From a virus (Duplodnaviria; Caudoviricetes): DNA of 64,000 nt. Below are positions 10,520 to 20,662 of this stretch, piece after piece; positions within the stretch are counted from its first letter, which is position 1; each line of letters opens with the position of its first letter. The position numbers were made by a program, and so were the translations under genes. The DNA lies in the IMG/VR virus record IMGVR_UViG_3300001525_000313, positions 1 to 64,000 of that record. One strand, 5' to 3'. The notes below the pieces were generated by a model, which was not told the origin of the DNA, ran no database searches, and worked only from the letters and a program-made list of their open reading frames with translations.

Positions 10520-11260
10520 TTAAATATATATTTTTGTAAAATGATCAATTAAAACATCAACAACGTCATTTATTGACTTTACAGTTTTAATCTTTTTATT
10601 ATTATATTCAAGATAAAACTTATCAGCATCTACAGCTATAATAGTGTATGATGTGGTATCATCATTCATAGTTAAATGTACAACTATAATGCCTTTGCCA
10701 ATATCTTTTTTATTTAATTCTATTTTGGTGTCTGATAAAATATCAGGAAGATTTTCATTAATTAAATCATGTATATATTCGCATTCACTTGCATTAAATG
10801 CAACTGATTCACTAATATACTTTTCATTTACATTATCTTCTGATATATCAGCTTTATTATTATCTAATTGTTCTAATATAAATGCAGCAACCTTATTTAA
10901 GTCTTTGTCTAAATTAAAAGACTTAAGCTTTGCAATAACATTTCTATTTGCATCTATACAAGTACAATACATTGTATTACGGTCGCCAGCTGTAGAAATT
11001 TCAAATGAAATTCCATTATGCTGATTACCCTTTGTGCTTAATATAATATAAAATGTATTGTCTGATCTATTATTCTTTGCATGTTCATTATATATAAGAT
11101 CCCTTCTTAATGAAATATACTTTGAAAATAAATCATCAATCCACGACTGTTCTTCTGAGTCTTTAGGTGCTGTAAACCCTAAAAACTCATTCTTACATGT
11201 AGCTCGACTTACTAATCTTTCAAGACGGGCTACACGTTCTTCAAGAGTGAGTTTTTTCAT
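10520..11260 (-). CDS. Tagged hypothetical protein
   Basis: MKKLTLEERVARLERLVSRATCKNE... Confidence 0.75.
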   Translation of the reverse strand: MKKLTLEERVARLERLVSRATCKNEFLGFTAPKDSEEQSWIDDLFSKYISLRRDLIYNEHAKNNRSDNTFYIILSTKGNQHNGISFEISTAGDRNTMYCTCIDANRNVIAKLKSFNLDKDLNKVAAFILEQLDNNKADISEDNVNEKYISESVAFNASECEYIHDLINENLPDILSDTKIELNKKDIGKGIIVVHLTMNDDTTSYTIIAVDADKFYLEYNNKKIKTVKSINDVVDVLIDHFTKIYI

Positions 11261-11269
11261 ATATGTCTC

Positions 11270-11867
11270 TTAACGTAGTTGGCGTTCAAGATAAAACTGT
11301 ACAAGTCCTAACGCTCTCATAACTTTATATACATAAGAATGGAGCTGCTCTCATCATTTTATCAGCTAAGAATGATACATTACGAGCACATTCCATTTGC
11401 ATATCATTTGCATTATCTAATTTTTCATTCTTAAATTTTTTCTCTAATTTTCTAATACGAGACTCTAATGAGGCTGTATAGCCATCATTATCTCTATAGC
11501 GATCTATCCAATCAGCTTTATTTTTATCGAATGCGGTCATTCCACTATCATAACCGTCTTCAATATATTCAAGTGCATCTTTTATTAATTTTTCAATATC
11601 GTATTCAACTTGATCACGATAGCCTTCCATATCTTCAGGATCAACGCCTTGTCCAACAGCTAAGTCAAGCAAGCACTCATCAGCATATTCACTAGCATCT
11701 GTATGTTTAAGTTCATATTTAATGTCTTTAATATCATTGTCATATTCATCTAAAAAATCACAACAATATTTATTAAACCAATTATATACATCGGCAGAAA
11801 TATCATAACCTTCATTCTTTAATACTTTTTCAAGTTTTGCAATTCTTGATTATAATTTCTTATCCAT
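11270..11867 (-). pseudogene. Doubly tagged acidic hypothetical protein; in-frame TAA at 11850-11852 and +1 frameshift near 11339
   Basis: MDKKL*SRIAKLEKVLKNE... in frame with ORF 11325..11672, which holds LESRIRKLEKKFKNE; shifted tail SYVYKVMRALGLVQFYLERQLR*; GAGG RBS. Confidence 0.7.
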
Positions 11868-11891
11868 TATAAAACCCTCTATATAAATAAA

Positions 11892-12889
11892 TTAGTCATA
11901 ATCCATAACATATGTTATTGTTAATGACTCTACGCCTCTAAAATCAGTATATACACTTAATGATTTTTTATCACGTGGTAAATCGTCAGTATCATATATA
12001 CCATCACCTTGCATTAGAATTTTACTTGCATCAAATATAGATATATAATGACCTTCGCCATAATCTTTTACCTTTACACTGTATAATACTTTGTATCTCT
12101 CAGTGTAACTATCGCCCCAAGCTTTTCCGCAAATAAGGACATTTGCATATAGTTTATTGTCTTCATTCCAAACCTTAACATCATCAGCGTCAAGGTCACG
12201 ATCAAGCTTCCATTCAAGTTGCTCAATGCATTTTTTAATATCTGGTAAACTATTAGTTTTAGGTATTTGATTTATATTATTTGATGCACGTCTACTTTGT
12301 TTAGGAACCGTTGGTTCAGCTACATTAGCAGGTGTATTTTTTAATGAATTCAGTAATTCTTGTGGTGGCATTCTAGGAATAACACCAACATCATCCCACT
12401 TATAATCTAAATTAGCAACTAAATTATTTCCCTGTCTTCTAATACAATCAGCTTTGAGTGCATTAGTTAATATACTAGCAATTGAAGCACGTTGAGATGG
12501 TGGAAATATATTTTTAACATCAGCTGGTGTGCTTCTAATTTACTTTCATATGTAGGTATATATTCATCCTTGCAATTCCATAATAATTCAATTTCAAAGC
12601 CTTCATCATTAAAAACTAAGAATGAATACGCATAGCCATCAATGCTGGCTGTAACTTTAAACTGTGCAATATTATCTAAGTTTGATAATAAACAGTTCTT
12701 AATATACGAAGTAGAGCGAACAGGGTAACATTTGCGTGCTATAGATGACATCCAATTCCAACCACCATTAGAATTTATAATATCCTCTACATTATTTTTA
12801 CTCACCTCCATTTGAGCAGCAAGTATTTCTCTAACAGTAGCTCTACGCTCAAATGACTGTAACTTATCTAAACTAATAAATCACTTCAT
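11892..12889 (-). pseudogene. Hypothetical protein (~330 aa) broken by TGA at codon 3 and a frameshift near 12540
   Basis: MK*FISLDKLQSFERR... in frame with ORF 12467..12811; shifted frame IRSTPADVKNIFPP... runs open into ORF 11892..12371. Confidence 0.6.
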
Positions 12890-12890
12890 A

Positions 12891-13961
12891 TTATATACCC
12901 ATAAGTAATCGCTGATATATTGAAAATAATGCAGTCTGAAATCTTATATCACTGTCAAATGAGCTCATTGAAAAGTCATCCAATGCAACTTTATATAAGT
13001 TCATTATTGAACGTACATCAAATTGCTTTACAATTGCTTCAACTATAGGCTCAACTTTATATTCAGAATTAAAGCATTTCTTTGCAAGATCTAAAAATAA
13101 ATTTTGATAATCATCTTTTAACAATGCAATTGGAATTCGCATAACACGATCGGCCAATTCCATCATTACTTCTTTATGCTTTTTAATATCTTCAGATGAA
13201 GCTCTTGTATTTTTAATTAGCCACAATACTTGTGCAAAGTACTTTGCTAAATATACATATCCTGACTCTTCAAGATTTAAGAAATCATTTTCACCAATTA
13301 ATAAATACTTTTCAAATAATTTATGGGCATCTCTCATATGCCCTTTAGATCTTAGTGCAATTAAATTTGCAGCTTGTTCTGATAATTGTACATTTTGATC
13401 TTTAGCAATTTTATATAAATTATTTATAACTTCATCTTTTGACTTTGTATTAAAATTTAATGTTAAAGATCTTGAAATAATTGTTGGTAATATAGCATCT
13501 TTATCTGTAGTACACAACAAATAATAGATATTTTTTGGAGCATCTTCAAATATTTTTAGTAAAGCAGATTGTCCAGCTTTACTAATTAAATGACACTCAT
13601 CTAATACAATAACACGTTTTTTACCACGTGGTACAAATGTTAACTCTTCTTGTAAATCACGAATGCTATCAACATTTCCAACTGCAGATGAATCTAACTC
13701 AGTATAAAATGGTGAATTATTTAAATTCATTTTACATGATTCACATTCGCCACATATATCATTAGTTAAATTTGTACAATTAACTGCTTTTGCAAAACAT
13801 CTAGCTGATGTAGTTTTTCCGCACCCGTATGAACCAGCTAATATATATGTTGATGGACCTGAATGTTTTGCAACTTCTAATAGAATTTTATTGTTTATTT
13901 CATTACCAACAATATCAGAAAATTTCTGTGGTCTATAATTATATTCAGTTAAATTACACAT
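12891..13961 (-). CDS. dnaX: DNA polymerase III gamma/tau-like clamp loader ATPase
   Basis: YRPQKFSDIVG, Walker A GSYGCGKTT, C4 zinc site (C..ICGECESC), Walker B VLDECH, TIISRS, GHMRDA. Confidence 0.9.
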   Translation of the reverse strand: MCNLTEYNYRPQKFSDIVGNEINNKILLEVAKHSGPSTYILAGSYGCGKTTSARCFAKAVNCTNLTNDICGECESCKMNLNNSPFYTELDSSAVGNVDSIRDLQEELTFVPRGKKRVIVLDECHLISKAGQSALLKIFEDAPKNIYYLLCTTDKDAILPTIISRSLTLNFNTKSKDEVINNLYKIAKDQNVQLSEQAANLIALRSKGHMRDAHKLFEKYLLIGENDFLNLEESGYVYLAKYFAQVLWLIKNTRASSEDIKKHKEVMMELADRVMRIPIALLKDDYQNLFLDLAKKCFNSEYKVEPIVEAIVKQFDVRSIMNLYKVALDDFSMSSFDSDIRFQTALFSIYQRLLMGI

Positions 13962-14037
13962 AATATTACTATAGTCCTTATAAGTGCTATAACATTAATA
14001 GTTAATATACACCATATTGACACTTATATAGACTATA

Positions 14038-14907
14038 TTAATTATTTATTTTATCAAGGTAGCTCTTAAATTGATTTAGATCATAATCATCTTGATCTGA
14101 AATAGTGTAAAGATGAAATGCAACTCGTGGTGAACCAACCTTTGATATTTTCATAACACGATATTCACTTGGTTTTTGGTTCTTATCTGATAAGTATACT
14201 ATTAAATCACCAACATTAATATATGGATTTTGAATAGTATTCTTTGTTTTTATAATTAACTGTTTTCCAATTGTTTTAGCTGATACATAATCTAATTGTT
14301 GTTTTAATGCGGCCAAAACATCATCACGAAAGCATAGTGGTAAATCCTTAGAACCATTAGGAAAATATCGTGCATAAGCACGTATTTCAAAGTATTTCAA
14401 TAGATTTCCAGGTGTATTTTTAAATATTGAAAACTTATTGTTCAAGGTTGTTATAAAAAATAATACATTCCTTTGCTTGTAGTAATTGCTTATCCATCTT
14501 GCAAATACTTTTGGACTTATATTTATTTGAACTTTGCTTGAATGCTGGGCAATAAGTTTTGAAAATTCATTAATGTTACTATTTATATAATTAAGAATCT
14601 CTAAAGCAGCATCATTATTTTCAGCAGTCTCAGAACATTCAAATGCTTTATCACTATCAGATTCTACAAGCTTAATTCCAAATCCAGTTGACTGTGCATT
14701 AATATGTTTATTCTGTCGTTCAGTCATTTTGCATTCTATATAAAATGAATCATCCACAAGAATGTCTGATACAGTTCTATTATGACCACCCTTAACAGTA
14801 AATTTATGATTTGGAAATTGTCTCTTAAGATATCGTGCACACTTTTGTTCAAATTTATCTGAGCACTTCGATTCATTTATTATATTATAATCACTTATAA
14901 ATAGCAT
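14038..14907 (-). CDS. PD-(D/E)XK restriction-endonuclease-fold nuclease
   Basis: FEQKC...SDILVDDSFYIECK...AQ. Confidence 0.6.
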   Translation of the reverse strand: MLFISDYNIINESKCSDKFEQKCARYLKRQFPNHKFTVKGGHNRTVSDILVDDSFYIECKMTERQNKHINAQSTGFGIKLVESDSDKAFECSETAENNDAALEILNYINSNINEFSKLIAQHSSKVQINISPKVFARWISNYYKQRNVLFFITTLNNKFSIFKNTPGNLLKYFEIRAYARYFPNGSKDLPLCFRDDVLAALKQQLDYVSAKTIGKQLIIKTKNTIQNPYINVGDLIVYLSDKNQKPSEYRVMKISKVGSPRVAFHLYTISDQDDYDLNQFKSYLDKINN

Positions 14908-14945
14908 ATTTAATTATCCATAATGTAAATTAAATTCCAATACAA

Positions 14946-16052
14946 CTAAATTTCATTTGTTATATCATTAGGGTCTTCATCTTCATTGTTTGGTGAAATT
15001 TCACGAACAAGATCTAATGCAGCTTTTGAATATTAAAAGTCTTTAATTGAAATACTGCTATCTGTATTATTATGAATTGCTTAAGCAAAAACATCTAAAG
15101 CTGGGATATATTCTCTACTTAAAGTAATATCACCATCGTTGAATGTTTTAAATGCACCTGAACTACCATCGCGATAACGAACACAATTATATGCTGTATA
15201 ATCTTCATAAATTATAACATGTGCTGTTGAATCACTATCATTTTCTAGATCATATATTGGTTCACATACTATTTCATAACTACCTGGAGCTATATTAGCT
15301 CTTATGTCTATATCACTATCAGGATCCATTATATCTTCTGAAAAGCATGCTTGTAATCTATTAGAAGCTGATGTTGTATATTCAAATGAAGCAATATCAA
15401 TAGTTTCATCTGATACATTCTTTATAAGTAAATCGCCAGGTGTTTTTACACCACTTTTACTACGTCTATCAAGTGTTAGCTCACCATTATTATCATGCCA
15501 TGTATCAGTTGAGTCGTACCAGCCAGTGATAGTATATAGTTTTGTTACATCATAATAAATAGCTTGTGTATGTTCTGCATTTGAATAAACAGGATATGAT
15601 GAATGATCTGGTGCTAGACTTGTAGTACCTATATATACAACATCGTGTGATGGTGTTGGTGGAATAGGTGGGTCTGACTCTTCATCACTAAGTATAGCAA
15701 TTAAATTATCGGCATAATCAATATAAGCATTAATAGCTGTCTGCTCTAAATCGCTTGCATATTCACTTAATAATTCTGTAAAAATATCTTTAGCTGATTC
15801 AATTAATGATAAAGCTTCATAATTATTAACAAAACGTTTTAAAGCTGTTCGGAATGGTATAAATGGTATTGGACAATTATGTGAATTTGCATCAACTGTT
15901 TGATCGCCAGCTGGATGTGGTGGTAAATGAAATCCATTATTAAATTCTGGAGATTTTAGTCATGCAATAAGATAATCAATATCACAGGCTATTTGTAATA
16001 ACCCCAATCTTCTAAATCTTATTGCATATTTGCGTAGTGTATCTAGTTTCAT
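14946..16052 (-). pseudogene. Hypothetical protein (368 codons) with three in-frame stops (TGA 15960, TAA 15081, TAA 15033)
   Basis: One frame from ATG 16052 (MKLDTLRKY..., coupled to upstream TGA) to TAG 14946; internal repeat IKNVSDETIDIASFEY vs IHNNTDSSISIKDF*Y suggests that stop replaced a Glu. Confidence 0.7.
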
Positions 16053-16327
16053 TTGTTTCCTCTATATATAATCATCATTATAAATAGAATAATTAAAAAT
16101 AATGTTGCAAATCCATAGTTAACAAATTGAGGCCATAATCTAAATCCTGTTGTTAAATGTATAAACGCAGCACATGCTAGATTGCCTCCAAGATCTGCAA
16201 GTAACATCCATTTTGATATTCCGGAACAGTTTTTACGTTTATAGCAATCTATTACTTGAAATAAAGATTTAAAGCCAAATAACAAATTTCCAGCAATTCC
16301 AATTAAATAAATTATGCTTTCATTCAT
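16049..16327 (-). CDS. PQ-loop/SemiSWEET-like small membrane protein
   Basis: Three hydrophobic helices; LFQVIDCYKRKNCSGIS matches the PQ-loop pattern; NY in last helix. Confidence 0.7.
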   Translation of the reverse strand: MNESIIYLIGIAGNLLFGFKSLFQVIDCYKRKNCSGISKWMLLADLGGNLACAAFIHLTTGFRLWPQFVNYGFATLFLIILFIMMIIYRGNK

Positions 16328-16486
16328 ATATAGCTCGTGTAAATTACGTAATATTTATAATAATATATGTATACAGCCTAATGCAATAATTTTTAGTTTA
16401 GCAGTTCCTATTTTTTAATATCTAATAATGTATGTTAGACTTATGTTTGTAATAAAATTAAACATGATTATGTATGTATTAAGGGT

Positions 16487-18046
16487 TTGAGTATGCTAAT
16501 TATAAATGAGCAATATACACCAGTTCAAAATATAACTAATGAAGCTACTACAGTTGTAAAGTCTCTTAAAGAAGCTCTACAAGCTGCCTATTTAGATAAA
16601 ATAGCACCGGGTTATAAATTTGTTAAATCACTTAAAGCTGGTGAAGCACTACGTGCTGCATTAGGTAAATCAAATGATGAATTTTTATCAAATGTAGACA
16701 CATTATTAAAAGCTGTTGGTATTAATAAAAATTCATATACAGTTGAAGTTACAAGAGACTCAGCAATCAGTGGCAAATTTGATACAGCACAAATATCCAT
16801 TGTTAAAGCTGTTAGTAAATACAAATTAAATGTTGGTGATATTATATATATTACAAATCAGGCAATAGTAATTGCAGATAAACAATTAACACCACAGGGT
16901 TTAGGATTAACTGGTACATTTGAAAAAGGTAATCTGCTTTCAAGTCTTAAAGATGCACTTGAAAAAGCTGATAATCTTGATGTCAATTTAAAGGACAGCT
17001 TATTATTTATTGCAGAAAAGATTGATGATAATACAGAAAAAGATGTTATTGATCTTGATGATATGATAGTTCATGGAACTAAAAAAGTATTGCAATATGA
17101 TCTACCTGATAGTGTTAACTTAGAGTTATTTACAAAGTCACTTAATACAGTTGTTAAAGATTTCGGTGAAGTTATTGGTGGAATATTCCTACTCAATTAT
17201 TTAGACAATGCAAAAGCTGTAGCATATGATGATAGCTTTACATTACCGATGATTGATTATGAGATTGTATTTAATGATGAGAACAGATTAGGAATATCTG
17301 CAAAAGCTGAATCTGGTGGCCATGCACCATCAGCTGCAAAAGCATTTAAAGCATTACAGGCGTTTGTTACAAGTGGTGAAAAAATAAATGGTTTAACATT
17401 TAATCAGTTTGTTAATGAACATGTAAAATCAAAAAAAGCTGGCACAGCTGCAAAGAGACTTTTTGAGTTACTTACAGAATTATCAAATGCTTCAGTTAGA
17501 ACGCAATATATTTCACTAGTAAATGAATATTGCTCTAAAGACAGCTTTATTAAAAAGTTCTGTAAATTATTTGGATTAGACTCATTTATTGAACTTGCAG
17601 ATATTAATGATAAACAATTTGCAGATAAATTTGATGCTTTATGTTCAAGTGATAAAAACTTTACAGCAATGTTAAGTCTATTAGATGATATTGCATCTGG
17701 TACTGGACGATCTGCAAGACAAATACCTGATACTGCAGAAAAAGCAAAATCATTAAGTAAACAACAAAAAATTGGTTTGTTTATATATCCGCTAACTGCC
17801 TATATTGTTGATTATATTAATAAGACTTTCGGTCTTAATGATGACAGCTTAGACATAATCAGTGCATTTATACGTTTGGCATTTTCACATAAGCAAGTAT
17901 ATCTTGGAATTAAGCTAAGTACAAATAACTCTATTAAGCTAACATTCTCATTTGCTGCAATGGACACTGGCAATTGGAAATTCAAATGTCCGACAAGTGC
18001 AATTGAACCATGGAAGCAAGGCTTATCAATTGCAATGACACGTTAA
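16487..18046 (+). CDS. Hypothetical protein, probable PD-(D/E)XK nuclease fold
   Basis: KDFGEVIG...PMIDY...GISAKA; one of only two clear plus-strand genes. Confidence 0.55.
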   Translation: MSMLIINEQYTPVQNITNEATTVVKSLKEALQAAYLDKIAPGYKFVKSLKAGEALRAALGKSNDEFLSNVDTLLKAVGINKNSYTVEVTRDSAISGKFDTAQISIVKAVSKYKLNVGDIIYITNQAIVIADKQLTPQGLGLTGTFEKGNLLSSLKDALEKADNLDVNLKDSLLFIAEKIDDNTEKDVIDLDDMIVHGTKKVLQYDLPDSVNLELFTKSLNTVVKDFGEVIGGIFLLNYLDNAKAVAYDDSFTLPMIDYEIVFNDENRLGISAKAESGGHAPSAAKAFKALQAFVTSGEKINGLTFNQFVNEHVKSKKAGTAAKRLFELLTELSNASVRTQYISLVNEYCSKDSFIKKFCKLFGLDSFIELADINDKQFADKFDALCSSDKNFTAMLSLLDDIASGTGRSARQIPDTAEKAKSLSKQQKIGLFIYPLTAYIVDYINKTFGLNDDSLDIISAFIRLAFSHKQVYLGIKLSTNNSIKLTFSFAAMDTGNWKFKCPTSAIEPWKQGLSIAMTR

Positions 18047-18066
18047 TTAAATAATTAATAAAATTA

Positions 18067-18094
18067 AAACTGGTATACTTAAGTATACCAGTTT
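18067..18094. terminator. 28-bp perfect palindrome; bidirectional terminator
   Basis: AAACTGGTATACTT|AAGTATACCAGTTT between convergent genes. Confidence 0.75.
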
Positions 18095-18107
18095 ATTTAT
18101 TATGTAT

Positions 18108-18264
18108 TTATACATCACCTAAAATTAGGTCTGATAAATAATCTTGAAGCTCATACTCTGATACTTCTTTAGATACTGGAGCAAAATCAGGATTTGTTTG
18201 CCTCATTATATACTAATGATTCTAGTCGTGCAATACGACTTTCTAATAAATTATAATAGCTCAT
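18108..18264 (-). pseudogene. Tiny tagged protein (~51 aa) absent from the ORF track, +1 frameshift near 18200
   Basis: MSYYNLLESRIARLESLVYNEA then stop; dropping one A gives TNPDFAPVSKEVSEYELQDYLSDLILGDV*. Confidence 0.6.
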
Positions 18265-18282
18265 GATTGACTCTATGATATA

Positions 18283-18579
18283 TTATTTGCGTAAAATAAG
18301 CTTCTCAAGTCTTTTAATACGTGACTCTAATTTAGTTCGTTTTAGTGATTCATCATAGTCTTCATCCTCATCATCTTCAGGATGAAGTATATCATCTAAG
18401 TCATATGCAACAACATCATTAACAGCTACATCTTCAGGAACTTGACCATAGAATACATCTTCAAGCATATCCCAAATAGCCTGGCGTTCACCATCAGATG
18501 CATTAATCCAATTTTCACGTGCAGGGCCCCACAAAAAGTCATCCATTTCATCAATTGTAAGTTCATGCTTTACGTACAT
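18283..18579 (-). CDS. Acidic hypothetical protein with C-terminal tag
   Basis: Probable start MYVKHEL after GGAGG; ends DYDESLKRTKLESRIKRLEKLILRK. Confidence 0.75.
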   Translation of the reverse strand: MYVKHELTIDEMDDFLWGPARENWINASDGERQAIWDMLEDVFYGQVPEDVAVNDVVAYDLDDILHPEDDEDEDYDESLKRTKLESRIKRLEKLILRK

Positions 18580-18595
18580 ATTATTACCTCCAAAA

Positions 18596-19369
18596 TTAAA
18601 ATCTATCGCGATATTTACCAATTACTTCAAATGTATATGGATTATCATTATCAATTATAACTTCTTCATCAAGATCTAATGATTTGTCATAATCATCTTC
18701 ATATGGATCAATACCAACTGAGTCAAGATATTCAGCATATGTTATAATTTGGCTTTCATCCATATCATCTGCATACTGAATATTATTCGCTTTGCATAAA
18801 TCCATAAGCTGATCAAACAATAAATCATGCTCATCTAATTCTTCATCAGATGCAGTCCATAAAGAATCAATTTCACCATTTTTCTTTCTAAGTAGACAAT
18901 ATTTTTTATTTCCATTAATATAGAAATAATATCCACCGTCTAAATCATTATCTTCTATATATTCATTAAAATAATGTTCACCTTGTTCTTCATGACCCTC
19001 ATAATGGCCTGTGATACACCACCTTGTACCTGAACCATATAGCTGTGCTGCTTTATATGTTGTAATTCTATAAACTTTCCAGTCATCTTTATTATATATT
19101 AATTTTGCACCATCTGATTTATTAGCACTACGGATGTCACGTTTTGATTGAATACCATCAATATAGCTCTTTACTTCATCAGGATCTTTTTTAATTAGCT
19201 GATAAATATCCTTATATTCAGGATCATTTATCTTATTCTTTATTGCATTGTATTTATTATAATAATCATCACCAAGAAAGTTTTACAGTAATTCTTGATC
19301 ATGTTTACTTTCTAATATATAGGTCTCAAGAATTCTAACGCGCCTTTCTAATGATTCATAATAATTCAT
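18596..19369 (-). pseudogene. Tagged paralogue of the central domain of 7480..8928; in-frame TAA at 19283-19285
   Basis: MNYYESLERRVRILETYILESKHDQELL*NFLGDDYYNKY...AAQLYGSGTRWCITG...LDGGYYFYIN, in frame with ORF 18596..18820. Confidence 0.8.
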
Positions 19370-19380
19370 ATTAAAGCCTA

Positions 19381-20634
19381 TTACATCTTAAATCGTAAAC
19401 CAAGAGCTCTATTAAGTGCAGCAAATGATCCAGTACATTTCATTAAACGATCACCATATTTAAATACAATACCTTCAGTTGCATTTATCTGATTACCAAG
19501 TTCAGCTAATCGATTTAGGTGGAATGTTAGCTCTTTATTAAGTTCATCAGATCCACTAGTTTGTACATCAGCAACAATTGTTTTTAAATCATTACTTAAT
19601 GTGTCAATAACCTGTGATTCTGCCCCTGCATTTACAAGGCCATCACATAATTTTATAATAGCATTTCCAAACTTAGAGAAAAATACATCTAATGGTTTTG
19701 AGCATTCACTTACAACATATCTATAGTCGGTACTATTTAGTGTATTAAATTCATCTATATTATCTTTATATATCTTTTTCAGCTCAGTTAGTTTTGTAGA
19801 TTTATCATCATTAAACCAACGATTATATAAAGCTTTCATACCAGTTGGATTATTTGCAATCCATGGATATTTTTTATTGCATATCTTTTCAAATCGTGCC
19901 TGCTTATATTGCTCAATTGTACTATCATCAGAACAACCATCAGCAGCAAAAACGCTTTCAATTTTATTGATATATTCTGTTTGCAATGCAGCTGATTTTT
20001 CAGTTACCCTAATTACAACGCGTGGAGTTAGTTGTGCACCATCAATATTTGCACATGCTTTTTCAAGAACTTTAATTCCATCAGTGGTTACTTCATCTTT
20101 TTCCCACTGACTATTTTCATCTTTACGTTTATAAACCCATAAATTATGAAAGTCTACTTGTGCATTTGCATATACTAAAACATTTGTTTTACCAGTTGTA
20201 ATACATTCACAATTAGCAAGAATTTTTGTATTCTTATCAGGGTTGAAAAATGCTTTACCTATATTTTTAAATACTTTTTCAATAGTATCATAAGCTGATA
20301 AATATGTATTAGCAACATGTTCTCTACCAGCCCATTTAGCAGCAACATCGTCACGAACCATTCCGCCAGCTTCAGAATTAAGATCACCTTTATTACGAAC
20401 GAATACAACTTTGCCATCATTATTTAATGTACATTGTATATTCATTCCATCAAGCTTTTCAGTAATATCTTCAACTTTTCCTGAAAATAAATTTGTAATA
20501 ATATCTTTAATATCTTTAAGTGTTAAATCAGTGTAGTCATATATATGACTCATATGACCTGATGCACCGCCTTCATTCATCAGCTTTTCAAGTCTTCGTA
20601 TACGATATTCTAATACTAAATTACGTTTCACCAT
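19381..20634 (-). CDS. Tagged ATP-grasp/ligase-like nucleotidyltransferase (KxDG) protein
   Basis: LEYRIRRLEKLMNE|GGASGHMSH; ITEKLDGMN (motif I); EGIVF...LMKCTG (motifs IV/V-like). Confidence 0.6.
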   Translation of the reverse strand: MVKRNLVLEYRIRRLEKLMNEGGASGHMSHIYDYTDLTLKDIKDIITNLFSGKVEDITEKLDGMNIQCTLNNDGKVVFVRNKGDLNSEAGGMVRDDVAAKWAGREHVANTYLSAYDTIEKVFKNIGKAFFNPDKNTKILANCECITTGKTNVLVYANAQVDFHNLWVYKRKDENSQWEKDEVTTDGIKVLEKACANIDGAQLTPRVVIRVTEKSAALQTEYINKIESVFAADGCSDDSTIEQYKQARFEKICNKKYPWIANNPTGMKALYNRWFNDDKSTKLTELKKIYKDNIDEFNTLNSTDYRYVVSECSKPLDVFFSKFGNAIIKLCDGLVNAGAESQVIDTLSNDLKTIVADVQTSGSDELNKELTFHLNRLAELGNQINATEGIVFKYGDRLMKCTGSFAALNRALGLRFKM

Positions 20635-20662
20635 AATGCGCCACCATATTATATATGAATTA

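Noticed and set aside
8050-19369. Diversity-generating retroelement template/variable repeat pair (7480..8928 vs 18596..19369)
   Set aside because: Differences are not adenine-specific, both copies are coding paralogues, and no reverse transcriptase is present in the window
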